50,058 nucleotides of DNA, from positions 1 through 50,058 of the forward strand of contig JAUSFV010000010.1 in the NCBI GenBank assembly GCA_030649305.1. The letters run 5' to 3'. Source of the DNA: a bacterium. Its GTDB lineage: Bacteria; Patescibacteriota; Minisyncoccia; Sungbacterales; GWA2-42-14. Shown here piece after piece: positions 1 through 10,222 of the stretch. The position numbers were made by a program, and so were the translations under genes. How positions within the stretch are numbered: the first letter of the stretch is position 1; each line of letters starts with the position of its first letter. The notes under the pieces were generated by a model. It saw nothing but the letters and a program-made list of their open reading frames with translations. It made no database searches and was not told where the DNA came from.

Positions 1-116
1 CTACCCCGAAACACCCGCGCACTTTTCGCATAACTCACTCCTTTGTTTCCATAAAAAGATCTTTTTTTACTCTATCACGCAAGCGCAAATAAAAAAATGT
101 CCCTGTGGACATCTTT

Positions 117-1052
117 TTACCCATCCGTTTTTGGCTCTGCCACTTCCCCACTCCGGCGCTTCTGAATCGCCTCTTCAAGCTTCGGCACAATATCGTCAAT
201 AGAAAATCCGTACGTGTTATATCCGCCGAGCTCTGATGCTCCGTCGTTTTTCCCCGCGTGATACGTATCCGCGTCGCGATGAAAATCAGAACCCGCGGTC
301 CGAAGTATTCCGTATTTCCCCGCAAACATATTTAAAAATTCCACTTCATCCTCAGAGTAATCCGGGTGAAATGCCTCAACGCCATCCAGTCCGGCGCCAA
401 TGAGCGCTTCAAGCGTCTCCTCAATTTTTTTCGCATCACGGTCAAGGTGAATCGCGGGATGCGACCACACGGCAACCCCGCCCGCGTTATGCAAAAGCTC
501 AATCGCGTCTTTCATCGCAACATGTTCCCGCCCCACATACGCTGACTTTCCTTCCACCAAAAATTTTCTGATGACCGTGGAAATATCATACGCGTCTCCA
601 CCGAGCTTTGATTTATTTTCAGGATGCATAAGAAGGGCTTCGGCAATCGCGGGGCGCGCCACCGACCCTTCGGCAAATATACGAACTTCTTTCATAGTAA
701 TCACAAAACCGTCCCGATTAAGATTCTCAACCATTTTTTCAGCGCGCCGAACCCGGTCTTCCTGAAACAACGCGAGAGCGGAAAGAAGTGCCGGGTCGGC
801 ATCATCCATTCCGAATCCCAACAGATGAAATTCGTGATGCAAAAAATTGCACGACATTTCAATACCGGAAATCACTTTCACACCGACCTCTTCCCCTTTT
901 TTCATTGCCTCGCGCACCCCCGCAACCGAATCGTGGTCCGTAATCGCGACTGTTGTAAGCCCGAGGCGCTTTGCGCGCTCAACCAATTCAGCCGGCGGAT
1001 ATTTTCCGTCGGATTTGTTTGATTGGATTTGCAGATCAATTGGATTCATCAT
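117..1052 (-). CDS. PHP domain phosphoesterase (TrpH/YciV-like)
   Basis: Motifs AITDHD, GIEMS, HLLG, SHP, GSDFH. The N-terminal HxH motif reads QxQ (DLQIQS). Confidence 0.85.
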   Translation of the reverse strand: MMNPIDLQIQSNKSDGKYPPAELVERAKRLGLTTVAITDHDSVAGVREAMKKGEEVGVKVISGIEMSCNFLHHEFHLLGFGMDDADPALLSALALFQEDRVRRAEKMVENLNRDGFVITMKEVRIFAEGSVARPAIAEALLMHPENKSKLGGDAYDISTVIRKFLVEGKSAYVGREHVAMKDAIELLHNAGGVAVWSHPAIHLDRDAKKIEETLEALIGAGLDGVEAFHPDYSEDEVEFLNMFAGKYGILRTAGSDFHRDADTYHAGKNDGASELGGYNTYGFSIDDIVPKLEEAIQKRRSGEVAEPKTDG

Positions 1053-1094
1053 ATCAAGAAAGATACCACGAATATATGAATGCGCACAAATTCA

Positions 1095-1195
1095 CCCCGT
1101 TAGAAGTCGTCTTTATATGACCGAGGCCAGTCAATTTCAGGTGGCCGCAACTTAATATAATGAACACCCAGCAAACCCAAAAACTTCTAACGGGG
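1095..1195. mobile_element. MITE-like element, CCCCGTTAGA family, copy 1 (101 bp)
   Basis: Terminal inverted repeats CCCCGTTAGAAGT / ACTTCTAACGGGG. TTCA direct repeats at 1091-1094 and 1196-1199. Interior homologous to the copy at 21774. Confidence 0.85.
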
Positions 1196-1279
1196 TTCAC
1201 GAATTCCGATTTCTTGACTTTTTTCAAAAAACATGTAACCAATGGGTTAATAATGTTCGCTGACAATAGGAGGAAAACG

Positions 1280-2734
1280 ATGCCTGATTTTGATGCGGCG
1301 GTGATCGGCGCGGGACCCGGCGGGTATGTGGCGGCGATTCTTGCCGCACGCGCAGGTTTAAAAACGGCACTCATAGAAAAAGAGGAGCCGGGAGGAACGT
1401 GTTTACAAATCGGATGCATTCCCTCAAAAATCCTTCTTCACGCGGTCCATATACAAGAACAACTAAAATCATTCAAGGAAATTCTTGACGGACCAATGCC
1501 AAATTATCGCTACGATGGCTTGCTCTCCTTCTCAAGAAAAAAGGTTCGTGACATCACCGCGAGTCTTCGCGGAATCATCAAAAGAGAGGGGGTTACCCTC
1601 ATTGGAGGAACCGCTCAATTTGCGAACGCCAAGACGCTTTTGCTTAAAAAAGAGTCTGGCGAAGATACTATACACGCAACGCATATCATTATCGCATGCG
1701 GGGCGCGCGCGAAAACAAAAGCAGACGCACTTCCCGACATTCCTTATCCGCATGAGCGCGTATGGACGAACCGCGAAGCGCTCACTCGCACCGAGAAACC
1801 GGATAAGGTCCTTATTCTCGGCGGGGGGGCAATCGGGTGTGAATTCGCAAGTTTCTTCAATGGCTTAGGAATACCCGTAACCGTGATTGAATTCATGCCG
1901 CGAATCCTGCCCGGAGAAGACACGGATATTTCCAAAGAACTAGCGGGTGCATTCAAAAAAAGAGGTATCGCGGTACTCACGGGGCGCACAGCAAAGACGG
2001 TGGAGGCGGATACACAAAGCGTCCGGGTAACGCTTGATGACGGTAGTGTACAAGAAGGATCACATCTTATTATCGCAGCCGGCATCACGCCCTCATCCGA
2101 CGGCCTCAATCTTGAGAAAGCGGGAGTAAAGCTTGACGCGCGCGGATTTATTCCTGTCGCACTTCCCTCCTACACGACAGATGCAAAAAATATCTATGCG
2201 ATAGGCGACATCATCGCGGTCCCCGGAAGAGCACATCTCGCCTTGGCACATGTCGCATCTGCGGAGGCAGAAAACGCTGTCGCGGCAATAACCGGCAAAA
2301 AACCGGAACCCATTGACTATGACAATATTCCGATCGCGACATTCACCATTCCCGAAGTCGCGCATGTCGGATTTACACAGGAACAGGCGGATACACTACC
2401 CTGCAAAAATCCTCACCACAAAATTGACGCCTATCAGATCGCATACTCAGCACTTGGCCGCGCGTATGCGCTCGGACTCACAGAGGGTATGGTGAAAATT
2501 GTGGAGCATCAGGATATATTCAATAAAAATCCGATCCGGCGCATTGCGGGAACACATATTATAGGAGAAAATGCTTCTGAAATAATCCACATCGCCGCCG
2601 AAGCACGCCACGCAGAAGATTCCATTCCCCACATGAAGCGACTTATCCTACAGCATCCTACGTGGTCGGAACTCTACGGCGAAGCGCTCCGCACATCAGA
2701 TAACGAGGCGGTACATATAAGGAGCGGCAAATGA
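1280..2734 (+). CDS. lpdA: dihydrolipoamide dehydrogenase (E3)
   Basis: GAGPGG FAD motif, GGTCLQIGCIP redox disulfide, GGGAIG NAD motif, HPTWSE. Start moved to ATG 1280, which follows an AGGAGG SD. Confidence 0.92.
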   Translation: MPDFDAAVIGAGPGGYVAAILAARAGLKTALIEKEEPGGTCLQIGCIPSKILLHAVHIQEQLKSFKEILDGPMPNYRYDGLLSFSRKKVRDITASLRGIIKREGVTLIGGTAQFANAKTLLLKKESGEDTIHATHIIIACGARAKTKADALPDIPYPHERVWTNREALTRTEKPDKVLILGGGAIGCEFASFFNGLGIPVTVIEFMPRILPGEDTDISKELAGAFKKRGIAVLTGRTAKTVEADTQSVRVTLDDGSVQEGSHLIIAAGITPSSDGLNLEKAGVKLDARGFIPVALPSYTTDAKNIYAIGDIIAVPGRAHLALAHVASAEAENAVAAITGKKPEPIDYDNIPIATFTIPEVAHVGFTQEQADTLPCKNPHHKIDAYQIAYSALGRAYALGLTEGMVKIVEHQDIFNKNPIRRIAGTHIIGENASEIIHIAAEARHAEDSIPHMKRLILQHPTWSELYGEALRTSDNEAVHIRSGK

Positions 2735-3528
2735 TGCTTCGCTCCTATTATCTCCCCCCGATTTCCGTCGAAGAGAGCGAAATACTGCTTATGCGCCTTA
2801 CGCGCCTCCGGAGAAACGATGCCATCCAGGATACGCTTCTTATATTTGAGTATCTGCCGGCATTCGCGTTCCACCATTGGGAACGCGACCAACACGCCAT
2901 ACGGGACCAAACGGCTTTTGATTCGTATCGCGCCGCACACAACATCCCCCTCGTCTCTGCTCAATACCGCGGCGGAGGCATGATGTATCACGGTCCGGGA
3001 CAAATTGTATGCGCACCGGTTATCAAATGCCGATACGGAATGGGCATAGCTGAATACCAAAAGAAGCTCGGAGATACCTCTCTGTATGCGTGCAAAACGC
3101 TCTTCGGCGTAAAGGCGTTTCGAGTGAGATATGATACACCATCCGCATCGTGGCAGACAGAAAAAGGAGACAAGATTTCTTTTTCTACGACAAATCCCCT
3201 CGGCATCCAGGGGGCGTGGGTTCAAGACAATAATGAAATCAGAAAAATAGGATTTCTCGGCTTTCGTCATAGCGCGGGCGTGCTCTGTCATGGCTTTGCT
3301 CTCAATCTCTATCCCGGCCTTGAAGCGTTCCGGCTCATTGATCCCTGTAATCTTTCGGGCATCAACGCATCATCCGTAGAACGCATCTCCGGCATACGAT
3401 ATGAAATAAATCCGACACTTGCGCAAAACATTACAGCTCTTTTTTCAAAAACATTTAACTACGACGCACATACCTTTCAAGAAGAATCCCTCGAGAATAT
3501 GCTCACTATAAAAACAAAAAACCCCTGA
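2731..3528 (+). CDS. lipB: octanoyltransferase / lipoate-protein ligase B
   Basis: RGGGMMYHGPGQ, KIGFLG, HGFALN and IDPC motifs. ATGA overlap with lpdA. Confidence 0.82.
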   Translation: MMLRSYYLPPISVEESEILLMRLTRLRRNDAIQDTLLIFEYLPAFAFHHWERDQHAIRDQTAFDSYRAAHNIPLVSAQYRGGGMMYHGPGQIVCAPVIKCRYGMGIAEYQKKLGDTSLYACKTLFGVKAFRVRYDTPSASWQTEKGDKISFSTTNPLGIQGAWVQDNNEIRKIGFLGFRHSAGVLCHGFALNLYPGLEAFRLIDPCNLSGINASSVERISGIRYEINPTLAQNITALFSKTFNYDAHTFQEESLENMLTIKTKNP

Positions 3529-3545
3529 AAGAGGGGTTTTCTTTT
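3518..3545. terminator. bidirectional intrinsic terminator
   Basis: AAAACCCCT-GAAAG-AGGGGTTTT between convergent lipB and E2. Confidence 0.7.
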
Positions 3546-3562
3546 ACAATGCATTATTGTTT

Positions 3563-5029
3563 TTAGCCGAGCGCCAAAATCTGTTCGGGGCGTTCCAAAA
3601 GATGCTGAAGCGCCCGCAAAAACATCTTCGGCTCATGACCCTGCACGACCCGATGGTCAAACCGAAGCCGGAATTTCATAAGCTGCACTCCGCCTACTTC
3701 CCGGATTGCGCCGAATGCAAGAATCGCGGCAGTATGTCTCGGGATAACCGGGTCAGGATCTTCGTCTCCGGCAAATCGCATTCCGTTCCACTCAATCGGA
3801 TTTCCGGTATTGTTGACCGTAAACGTAAGGCCCGCGAGATTATCTGCCCGCGGCTTTCCCGATACTGCTTCGCGTATAAGAGCCTCAGCCTTCTTCGCGA
3901 TACCGGCAAGTGACCGCCGTGGCGCATCCTTAATGACCGGAATAACAAGGTCAGAAAACCTTCCTTGTGCCTGCGGAGGAAGAATACCCACCGCGATGCC
4001 GATATTCACATCCTGATAAAGCTCAATGACATCGCCGCTGTCTTTCTCAAACCAGCGCGCGTTCAAAATGTGGAATTCCGGCCTCGTCAGAAGCCATGCG
4101 CATGCCCGCACAACAAAGTATTCGTAACGAAGCTTAACACCGTGCAGTTTTTCAAAATCTTCCCGCATACGCGCCCGCATCTCCACGAGCGGAACCGGAT
4201 TGATATCAATCCCCGGAGAAGCATGCGGGGCTACCCACGCAAACTCAAGGGCGCTTGCCGTCACGAGTTGCCGCTGGGGCGGTATATAGAATCCCGCTTC
4301 AACAATATCCTTGGGTGATTCGATCGACGTCCCGGGTTCAGTAACCGACGACGCAACCCGCGCCGCAGCAGCTGCCCGAACATCACATTCGCGGATAATC
4401 CCATCCGGACCGGAACCCTTCACCTGATTCAAAGATACGCCAAGATCCTTTGCAATACCCCGCGTATACGGAGCTGCAAGAACGGCATCCTGTTCACGGG
4501 GGACAAGCGGCTGCGACATATGCTTATCCAAAACATCCTGCATACGCACGATCTCGCCATTGTTCTCCGGCAACGGCACACCAAGCGCTTCCGCACATTC
4601 CCGTGCAAGCCGAGTTCCGCACGGAGGGGCCGTTTCGATTTGTTCCGCAACTTCAAAAGAAGAACGCTTCTCTGCGACGGTATCCGGAACTTCAAGTACC
4701 GCAAGACGCATAGGCTCCTTTCGGAGATCTACCGTAATACCTTTTTTTCCTGCCGGCTCAAGAATCTGTACCAACGTCGCACCGATTTCCCATCCTCGCG
4801 CCGTTATAATAGAAATTCCTTTACCCGATTCCTCAAGATTCAATTCCACGATATCCTCGCCCTCAATCGTACCGCTATCCACATCCTGAAGGCCGAGAAT
4901 TTTCTCTCCCTCTTTCTTAAACCACCGCACGACATCAAATTGAACGGGCGCGGTAACGGCGTTATATGCCCCGATTCGCTGTGCGGTCTGATTTTCACCG
5001 TCAAGAGTAATTTCCAAGAATCGTCGCAT
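3563..5029 (-). CDS. 2-oxoacid dehydrogenase E2 (dihydrolipoamide acyltransferase)
   Basis: Divergent lipoyl domain (VVRWFKKEGE...ESGKG), subunit-binding domain (APYTRGIAKDLGVSLNQVKGSGPDG), catalytic FDHRVV. Start set to ATG 5029, right after the E1 stop. Confidence 0.85.
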   Translation of the reverse strand: MRRFLEITLDGENQTAQRIGAYNAVTAPVQFDVVRWFKKEGEKILGLQDVDSGTIEGEDIVELNLEESGKGISIITARGWEIGATLVQILEPAGKKGITVDLRKEPMRLAVLEVPDTVAEKRSSFEVAEQIETAPPCGTRLARECAEALGVPLPENNGEIVRMQDVLDKHMSQPLVPREQDAVLAAPYTRGIAKDLGVSLNQVKGSGPDGIIRECDVRAAAAARVASSVTEPGTSIESPKDIVEAGFYIPPQRQLVTASALEFAWVAPHASPGIDINPVPLVEMRARMREDFEKLHGVKLRYEYFVVRACAWLLTRPEFHILNARWFEKDSGDVIELYQDVNIGIAVGILPPQAQGRFSDLVIPVIKDAPRRSLAGIAKKAEALIREAVSGKPRADNLAGLTFTVNNTGNPIEWNGMRFAGDEDPDPVIPRHTAAILAFGAIREVGGVQLMKFRLRFDHRVVQGHEPKMFLRALQHLLERPEQILALG

Positions 5030-5030
5030 C

Positions 5031-7325
5031 TTACGATTCCTCCATAAGCCGCAACGCGGCCGCCACAACTTCATCAACCTGCGGAAGGCGGATATCTTCA
5101 AGATTCGGATGCACCGGTACCTGCGTATCGGCTGCCGCAAGGCGCACAATTCTCGTCCGTAGGCGATGGAATGTTTGAATCTCCTCGCCGATAGATGCGG
5201 AAAATTCCGCGCCCGCATGAAATGACTTTGACGCCTCGTGCATAATGATAACGCGTCCGGTTTTCTCCACAGAGGCAAAAACGGTTTCTTTGTCCCACGG
5301 CTTAATCGTCCGAAGATCAATAACCTCAAGCGATACGCCTCGTTTTTCAAGCTCTTCGGCTGCCGCAAGCGCGCATTTCAGCATGAGGGCGCCATAGGTT
5401 ACGAGAGTCGCGTCTGATCCCGCGCGACGAACCAAAGCTACGCCAAGCGGGATAAAAAATTCTTTTTCAGAAACCCGCTCGCGCATCCCTAATTCGTGAA
5501 TAGGAACGATGATGTAACATGCGTCCGGATCGCGGATTGCTGATTTTACCATACCGATCATGTCTGCTACCGTTGCGGGTTCCAAAACTTTCATGCCGGG
5601 AAGCGCCGCAAAATCAATTTCAATACGAGCCGAATGAGAATTATTACTCGAAGGAACCTTACCGCCGGGCCCTACGAACGTCACGTTTGCTCCTCGACCC
5701 GTACGCGTGGCAACGGTTGGCACGTAGTTAGAAAATATTTCTCCGGCCGATCGTGTAAACTGAAGGAACTGAAATTCCATACATACGGGATATCCGAACA
5801 TCCCCGATCCTACGGCGTGCCCCGTACCCGCAGACTCGGCAATCGGCATATTCCGAACTTGTTTTGGAAACTCTTTGGAAAGACCAAGCGTTAAACCCAA
5901 AACGCCGCCCTTCGGATCCGCAACGTCTTCTCCGTAATAACGAAAGAGTTCGTTCGCGCCAAGTTCCTCCCGGATCGCTCGCCGGTAAGCCTCACGAAGC
6001 GTGTATTCTTGTGTCGGCTCCGCAAGCGGAAAACGAACCGCAAGCTCTTTGCTGATACGGCACTCGGGGTCTATCAACGCCACCGTAAGATTGTTACGAT
6101 CACGCGCCGGATCTTCTGCCCGCAATGCCGCATCATACGCGCCCCCCACCTCGTTATGCGCCCCCGCGATTTCCTTTTCTACGGCGACAGCATCAAGAAT
6201 GCCGCACGCAACAAGCTCCGTACGAATCTGCGCGAGAGGGTCGTGTTTCTTTTTTGAATATTCCCGAAATGTATCTAGTCCGTATACTTCCTCCGCATAT
6301 TTCGTATCTTCAATCAAATTGTGTCCTTCTTTCCGAAACGCGCCGACCTTCATAAAAGAAGGGTGCGATGTCCTTCTGGAAAACATAAGGAGCCAATGGT
6401 TTACCAAATACGTAAGAACGGCATCTCTGCCATCTACGGGAATACCCGGCATCTCATAGCCAACCGCGCGATTTACAAGATCAATCCCGCCATGCTGTTC
6501 TTTCGACGGAACCGAAAGCGCAATCTCGTTATCGTGGCAGACAAAAAGCGCTCCGATGTTCCATGCCTTCGCGAGATTCATACCCTCATGCACAACACCG
6601 TTTGACGCAGCTCCATCGCCGAAAATCGTAACCGCGGCAATCCGCTCATCGGGCAAAAGTTCACGCCCAAGTTTTTTTGCCTTCTCCCACATCGCGGGAA
6701 TTACGGGACCCGGACCGATACACGCGGAAATCCCCATGGTGGAAATCCCGAATCCGAAATTATGATGCTCGAGGTCGGAGAAATGAATATTACCCTCATG
6801 TCCCCGCGTTGGACCGTCTTTCTTGCAGAGATGATTCATCCATGCGTCATACAAAATTTTTCGCAGGCTCGCGCCGCGCACCTCTATACGGTCCTCGTTC
6901 ATCACCACGTAAAAACTAAAACTGCGATGATCGGGATACCCGTAATCATCCGGCCGCATGGTACGACCCGCGGCAACTCCCGCAACTTCCTGCCAATGGC
7001 CGGAAAAGGCGGGGCCCGGAATCGTCCCGTCGCCCGTCTTGCTCAAATGTTTTTTGATTTCGTCAAAAAACACGCGCGTCAAAAGAATATCCTTATAGAG
7101 CTGGATAAAAAGTGAAACGGGAAAATGTTCGCCACGATACAGCGCCTCGTCGTAAGCGCGCCGCAACTCATCCATGAGCGCTGTACCGCGCCATGATTTA
7201 TACATAGGAATCAATAATTCGCATCGACCCCACGCCGTCCGAAAATATTCCCGCCGCGCATCAGTCAGAAGATTAACCGTTTCCTGTATCATTTTGGTCT
7301 CCGAAACAACGTATTCAAATATCAA
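5031..7325 (-). CDS. fused 2-oxoacid dehydrogenase E1 alpha/beta
   Basis: TPP motif GDGA...N, YGEDV, PIAE, EVIDLRTIKPWD. TTG start about 8 nt after an AGGAG SD. Confidence 0.88.
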   Translation of the reverse strand: MIFEYVVSETKMIQETVNLLTDARREYFRTAWGRCELLIPMYKSWRGTALMDELRRAYDEALYRGEHFPVSLFIQLYKDILLTRVFFDEIKKHLSKTGDGTIPGPAFSGHWQEVAGVAAGRTMRPDDYGYPDHRSFSFYVVMNEDRIEVRGASLRKILYDAWMNHLCKKDGPTRGHEGNIHFSDLEHHNFGFGISTMGISACIGPGPVIPAMWEKAKKLGRELLPDERIAAVTIFGDGAASNGVVHEGMNLAKAWNIGALFVCHDNEIALSVPSKEQHGGIDLVNRAVGYEMPGIPVDGRDAVLTYLVNHWLLMFSRRTSHPSFMKVGAFRKEGHNLIEDTKYAEEVYGLDTFREYSKKKHDPLAQIRTELVACGILDAVAVEKEIAGAHNEVGGAYDAALRAEDPARDRNNLTVALIDPECRISKELAVRFPLAEPTQEYTLREAYRRAIREELGANELFRYYGEDVADPKGGVLGLTLGLSKEFPKQVRNMPIAESAGTGHAVGSGMFGYPVCMEFQFLQFTRSAGEIFSNYVPTVATRTGRGANVTFVGPGGKVPSSNNSHSARIEIDFAALPGMKVLEPATVADMIGMVKSAIRDPDACYIIVPIHELGMRERVSEKEFFIPLGVALVRRAGSDATLVTYGALMLKCALAAAEELEKRGVSLEVIDLRTIKPWDKETVFASVEKTGRVIIMHEASKSFHAGAEFSASIGEEIQTFHRLRTRIVRLAAADTQVPVHPNLEDIRLPQVDEVVAAALRLMEES

Positions 7326-7389
7326 AGCATCTGCTCCTATAGGTAGCGAATTTTTGACGATTTGTCAACGGCGACATGAACAAAAAAAT

Positions 7390-7411
7390 AAAACGGCATT
7401 GCGCCGTTTTT
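7390..7411 (-). terminator. putative intrinsic terminator after the SDR gene
   Basis: AAAACGGC-ATTGC-GCCGTTTT hairpin with A/T tails. Confidence 0.5.
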
Positions 7412-7413
7412 GT

Positions 7414-8229
7414 TTAACTTCGATACCGATATCCTCCGTCAATCGCAACGGATTCCCCCGTCAAAAAACGCATGGCTGGCACATCGCTTGCAAGAAAATG
7501 AATAAGGTCGGCGACTTCTTCGGGCTTTCCTTTGCGGGCAAACGGCACGCGCTTCAAGTATTCCTGTAAAAATTTTTCCGGAACCTCTTTTGCCATATCG
7601 GTATCAATAACACCCGGCATCACCGCATTCACGGTAATCGCGAGAGGCGCATCACTCCCCTTATTGGGATAGGGAGCCTCAACAGCAAGAGTTCTTGTCA
7701 TACTCATGACGCCGGCTTTTGCGGAGGCGTACGGAAGATTGCCCTGATCTCCCTTCTCACCCATCACGGATGCCACGCTTACAATTCTCCCGTATCCATG
7801 TTCCCGCATATGCGGCAAAACCGCCTTACACCAAAAAATGGGGCCAACCTGATTCACCATAATGGAGCGCACGATATCTTCGGGTTTTGTTTTCACCAGG
7901 GGCGTTAAACTAAAAACCTTTCCCGCGACATTCACCAACACATCAATCCTGCCGAAGCGCTGCGCCAGAAGCTTCGCGCATTCTTCAATCTGCCGATAAC
8001 ACTCATCAACACTCCGGAAATTCATCACATCAACATCGTTTGTGTACCACGTTACATAGCCGCCCTTATTCATTGCCGTATCAAGTTCCGATACAAATTC
8101 TTTCAGCTGCTTCTCGCGCGACGGATGATCCACCAAAACGAGAAGTTCGTTATCTTTCGCAAATCGCCGTGCTGTTGCCGAACCAATACCGCCCGTCGCA
8201 CCCGTAATCACCACGACACGAAGCGCCAT
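7414..8229 (-). CDS. short-chain dehydrogenase/reductase (FabG-like)
   Basis: TGATGGIG, NVAG, YASAK, PGVIDTDM, DGG. Confidence 0.85.
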   Translation of the reverse strand: MALRVVVITGATGGIGSATARRFAKDNELLVLVDHPSREKQLKEFVSELDTAMNKGGYVTWYTNDVDVMNFRSVDECYRQIEECAKLLAQRFGRIDVLVNVAGKVFSLTPLVKTKPEDIVRSIMVNQVGPIFWCKAVLPHMREHGYGRIVSVASVMGEKGDQGNLPYASAKAGVMSMTRTLAVEAPYPNKGSDAPLAITVNAVMPGVIDTDMAKEVPEKFLQEYLKRVPFARKGKPEEVADLIHFLASDVPAMRFLTGESVAIDGGYRYRS

Positions 8230-8371
8230 GACGCCCCCCTCCTTTCTTAAATTTCTATTAAATTTTCAAAAAAACCACACCCCAGTAGTAGCAAAAATCA
8301 GCTAACTTGACAAGACCTAAAAAAAAACCTACGAATACTACAGAAGCACCTTCACAAAGAAAGGAAGTAAC

Positions 8372-10222
8372 ATGAACGATTTCACGATTGCGATATCGGG
8401 CGTCCAGCTTGAAAACGGAGCCGAAACCACATCGGGTATTGTCGCGCGAACGTTTTTTCGGGCCGGGGCACGGGTAGTACGCTTCGGAGATTATCTCTCC
8501 ACAATCTATGGAGGAAAAGCCGGAACAACCGTATATCTCGTGCGGGCCGCTGATAAAGACATAACCTGCCCGGGAGACGAGCAGTGGGACACTCTTATTT
8601 GCCTGCAGCTTGGACGCGAAAAAGGAATACTTCCGGTTTCTGCCACAAATTATCTCAACCGGATGAAACTGGGCGGCATTGTCGTCTACGATACAACGAA
8701 ATCCGGCGAAGCACGCCATGAACTCTGCGAAGAATTACACCTTCAACTGCTTGGTATTTCCGCTCTGGATATCGTCGGAAAAACATATCCGGGCGAAGAT
8801 ACGCAAAAAACAAATCTCATGCGAAACGGGGTGCTCGTTGGCGCCGCGTTCGCCGCACTCGGATTTGATACAAAACTTGAACGCCATCGCACGGCACTTG
8901 AAGAAACATTCGGGAAAAAGAAATTATCTGTCGTGGAAAAAAATATGATTCTGGCGCGAAAGGGCATTGAGGCGTATACAGCAAGTTCACACGCCGAGGC
9001 TCGTACCGCCCGCCCGCCTCTTTTCGCTACGGAACCGAAAGCAAAACGCCTTCTCCTGCGGGGGAATGACGCGATATTCTTAGCCCCGCAATTTCTCGGA
9101 AAGCCCGTGTTCTACGCGGGTTACCCCATCACGCCCGCATCGGATGTGTTACTGCGAAACGAAGAGTTCAATCGTCCGCCTCACGGCATTACCATGCAGA
9201 TGGAAGATGAAATAGCGGCACTCGGCTCTGTAATCGGAGCGGCATGTGGCGGAGCGCTCGCGTACACCGCGACGTCCGGTCCCGGCTTCGACCTCATGGG
9301 CGAGATGATCGGACACGCAAGCGTCCTTGAAATTCCGGTTGTTATTTTTGACATCCAGCGCGCGGGCCCCTCAACGGGCATGCCGACCAAAACCGAACAA
9401 AGCGATCTTTCCTGCGCTCTCAACATAGGCCACGGGGAATTTCCCCGCATCATCCTTGCTCCGGGCGACGTGGAGGAGCATTTCTATGAAACCGCACGCG
9501 CCTTTTACCTTGCGTGGAAATATCGCATGCCGGTCATCGTCTTGAGTTCGCTTGAGGTTGCAGAAGGATATCAGACCCCGAATTATTTTGATTATGCCAA
9601 GCTTGAACCCTATCGCAATTTTTTCACCAATCTGCGCCTTCCCCCGCAGGAAGAAAAATTTTATCCTTTTGCCATTACTGATTCCGGCATATCGCCGCAT
9701 ACTATTCCCGGAAATCCGGGCACAACGTTCGTGCTGAACGGCACGGAACACTGGATTGACGGCCGGGTCAGCACGAACCGCGAACGGCGAATTACCATGA
9801 TGGATAAGCGTATGCGAAAACTCGCAACCTGCCTGCGGGAAGATACGCGCGGTCCCGTCTGCTATGGAAATGAGGAGGCGGCAATTGCCCTCATGGGCTG
9901 GGGAAACACAAAAGGAGCCCTGCTGGAAGCGCAGGAGCGTCTTACTGCGTCCGGTCTTGAGACAAAAGTGCTTCACTATATTGATATCTTGCCGTTTCCG
10001 CGCGTCCGAACGAAGCGCCTCATTCAGAACATCAAAAAGGCATTTATCGTTGAAGGAAATAAAGAGGGACAATTTGCCGAATACCTTGCGGGTGTCATGG
10101 GACGCATGGGCGTTGCCTGCTCGGAAGATCGTTTCGTTGAAATCAACCGATACGACGGAGCGCCGATTGAACCCCGTATCATTGTAAATCGCATGAAGGA
10201 GGTGATGCGCCGTGTCCACTAA
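8372..10222 (+). CDS. korA: 2-oxoacid:ferredoxin oxidoreductase alpha subunit (gamma-alpha fusion)
   Basis: YAGYPITPASD, MEDEIAA, TATSGPG, QRAGPSTGMPTKTEQSDL. Confidence 0.9.
   Translation: MNDFTIAISGVQLENGAETTSGIVARTFFRAGARVVRFGDYLSTIYGGKAGTTVYLVRAADKDITCPGDEQWDTLICLQLGREKGILPVSATNYLNRMKLGGIVVYDTTKSGEARHELCEELHLQLLGISALDIVGKTYPGEDTQKTNLMRNGVLVGAAFAALGFDTKLERHRTALEETFGKKKLSVVEKNMILARKGIEAYTASSHAEARTARPPLFATEPKAKRLLLRGNDAIFLAPQFLGKPVFYAGYPITPASDVLLRNEEFNRPPHGITMQMEDEIAALGSVIGAACGGALAYTATSGPGFDLMGEMIGHASVLEIPVVIFDIQRAGPSTGMPTKTEQSDLSCALNIGHGEFPRIILAPGDVEEHFYETARAFYLAWKYRMPVIVLSSLEVAEGYQTPNYFDYAKLEPYRNFFTNLRLPPQEEKFYPFAITDSGISPHTIPGNPGTTFVLNGTEHWIDGRVSTNRERRITMMDKRMRKLATCLREDTRGPVCYGNEEAAIALMGWGNTKGALLEAQERLTASGLETKVLHYIDILPFPRVRTKRLIQNIKKAFIVEGNKEGQFAEYLAGVMGRMGVACSEDRFVEINRYDGAPIEPRIIVNRMKEVMRRVH

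Noticed and set aside
1-31. Start of a minus-strand gene (MRKVRGCFGV) with an AAGGAG SD
   Set aside because: Only ten codons fall inside the window, too few to support a call.
7322-7338. Frameshift at the E1 start (SD followed by ATG CTT TGA)
   Set aside because: An in-frame TTG lies at better SD spacing, so no frameshift is needed.
9371-10219. Long antisense ORFs (also 17251-18078, 17319-18125, 18106-18876, 36913-37671)
   Set aside because: They are shadows of well-supported genes on the other strand and have no recognisable motifs.
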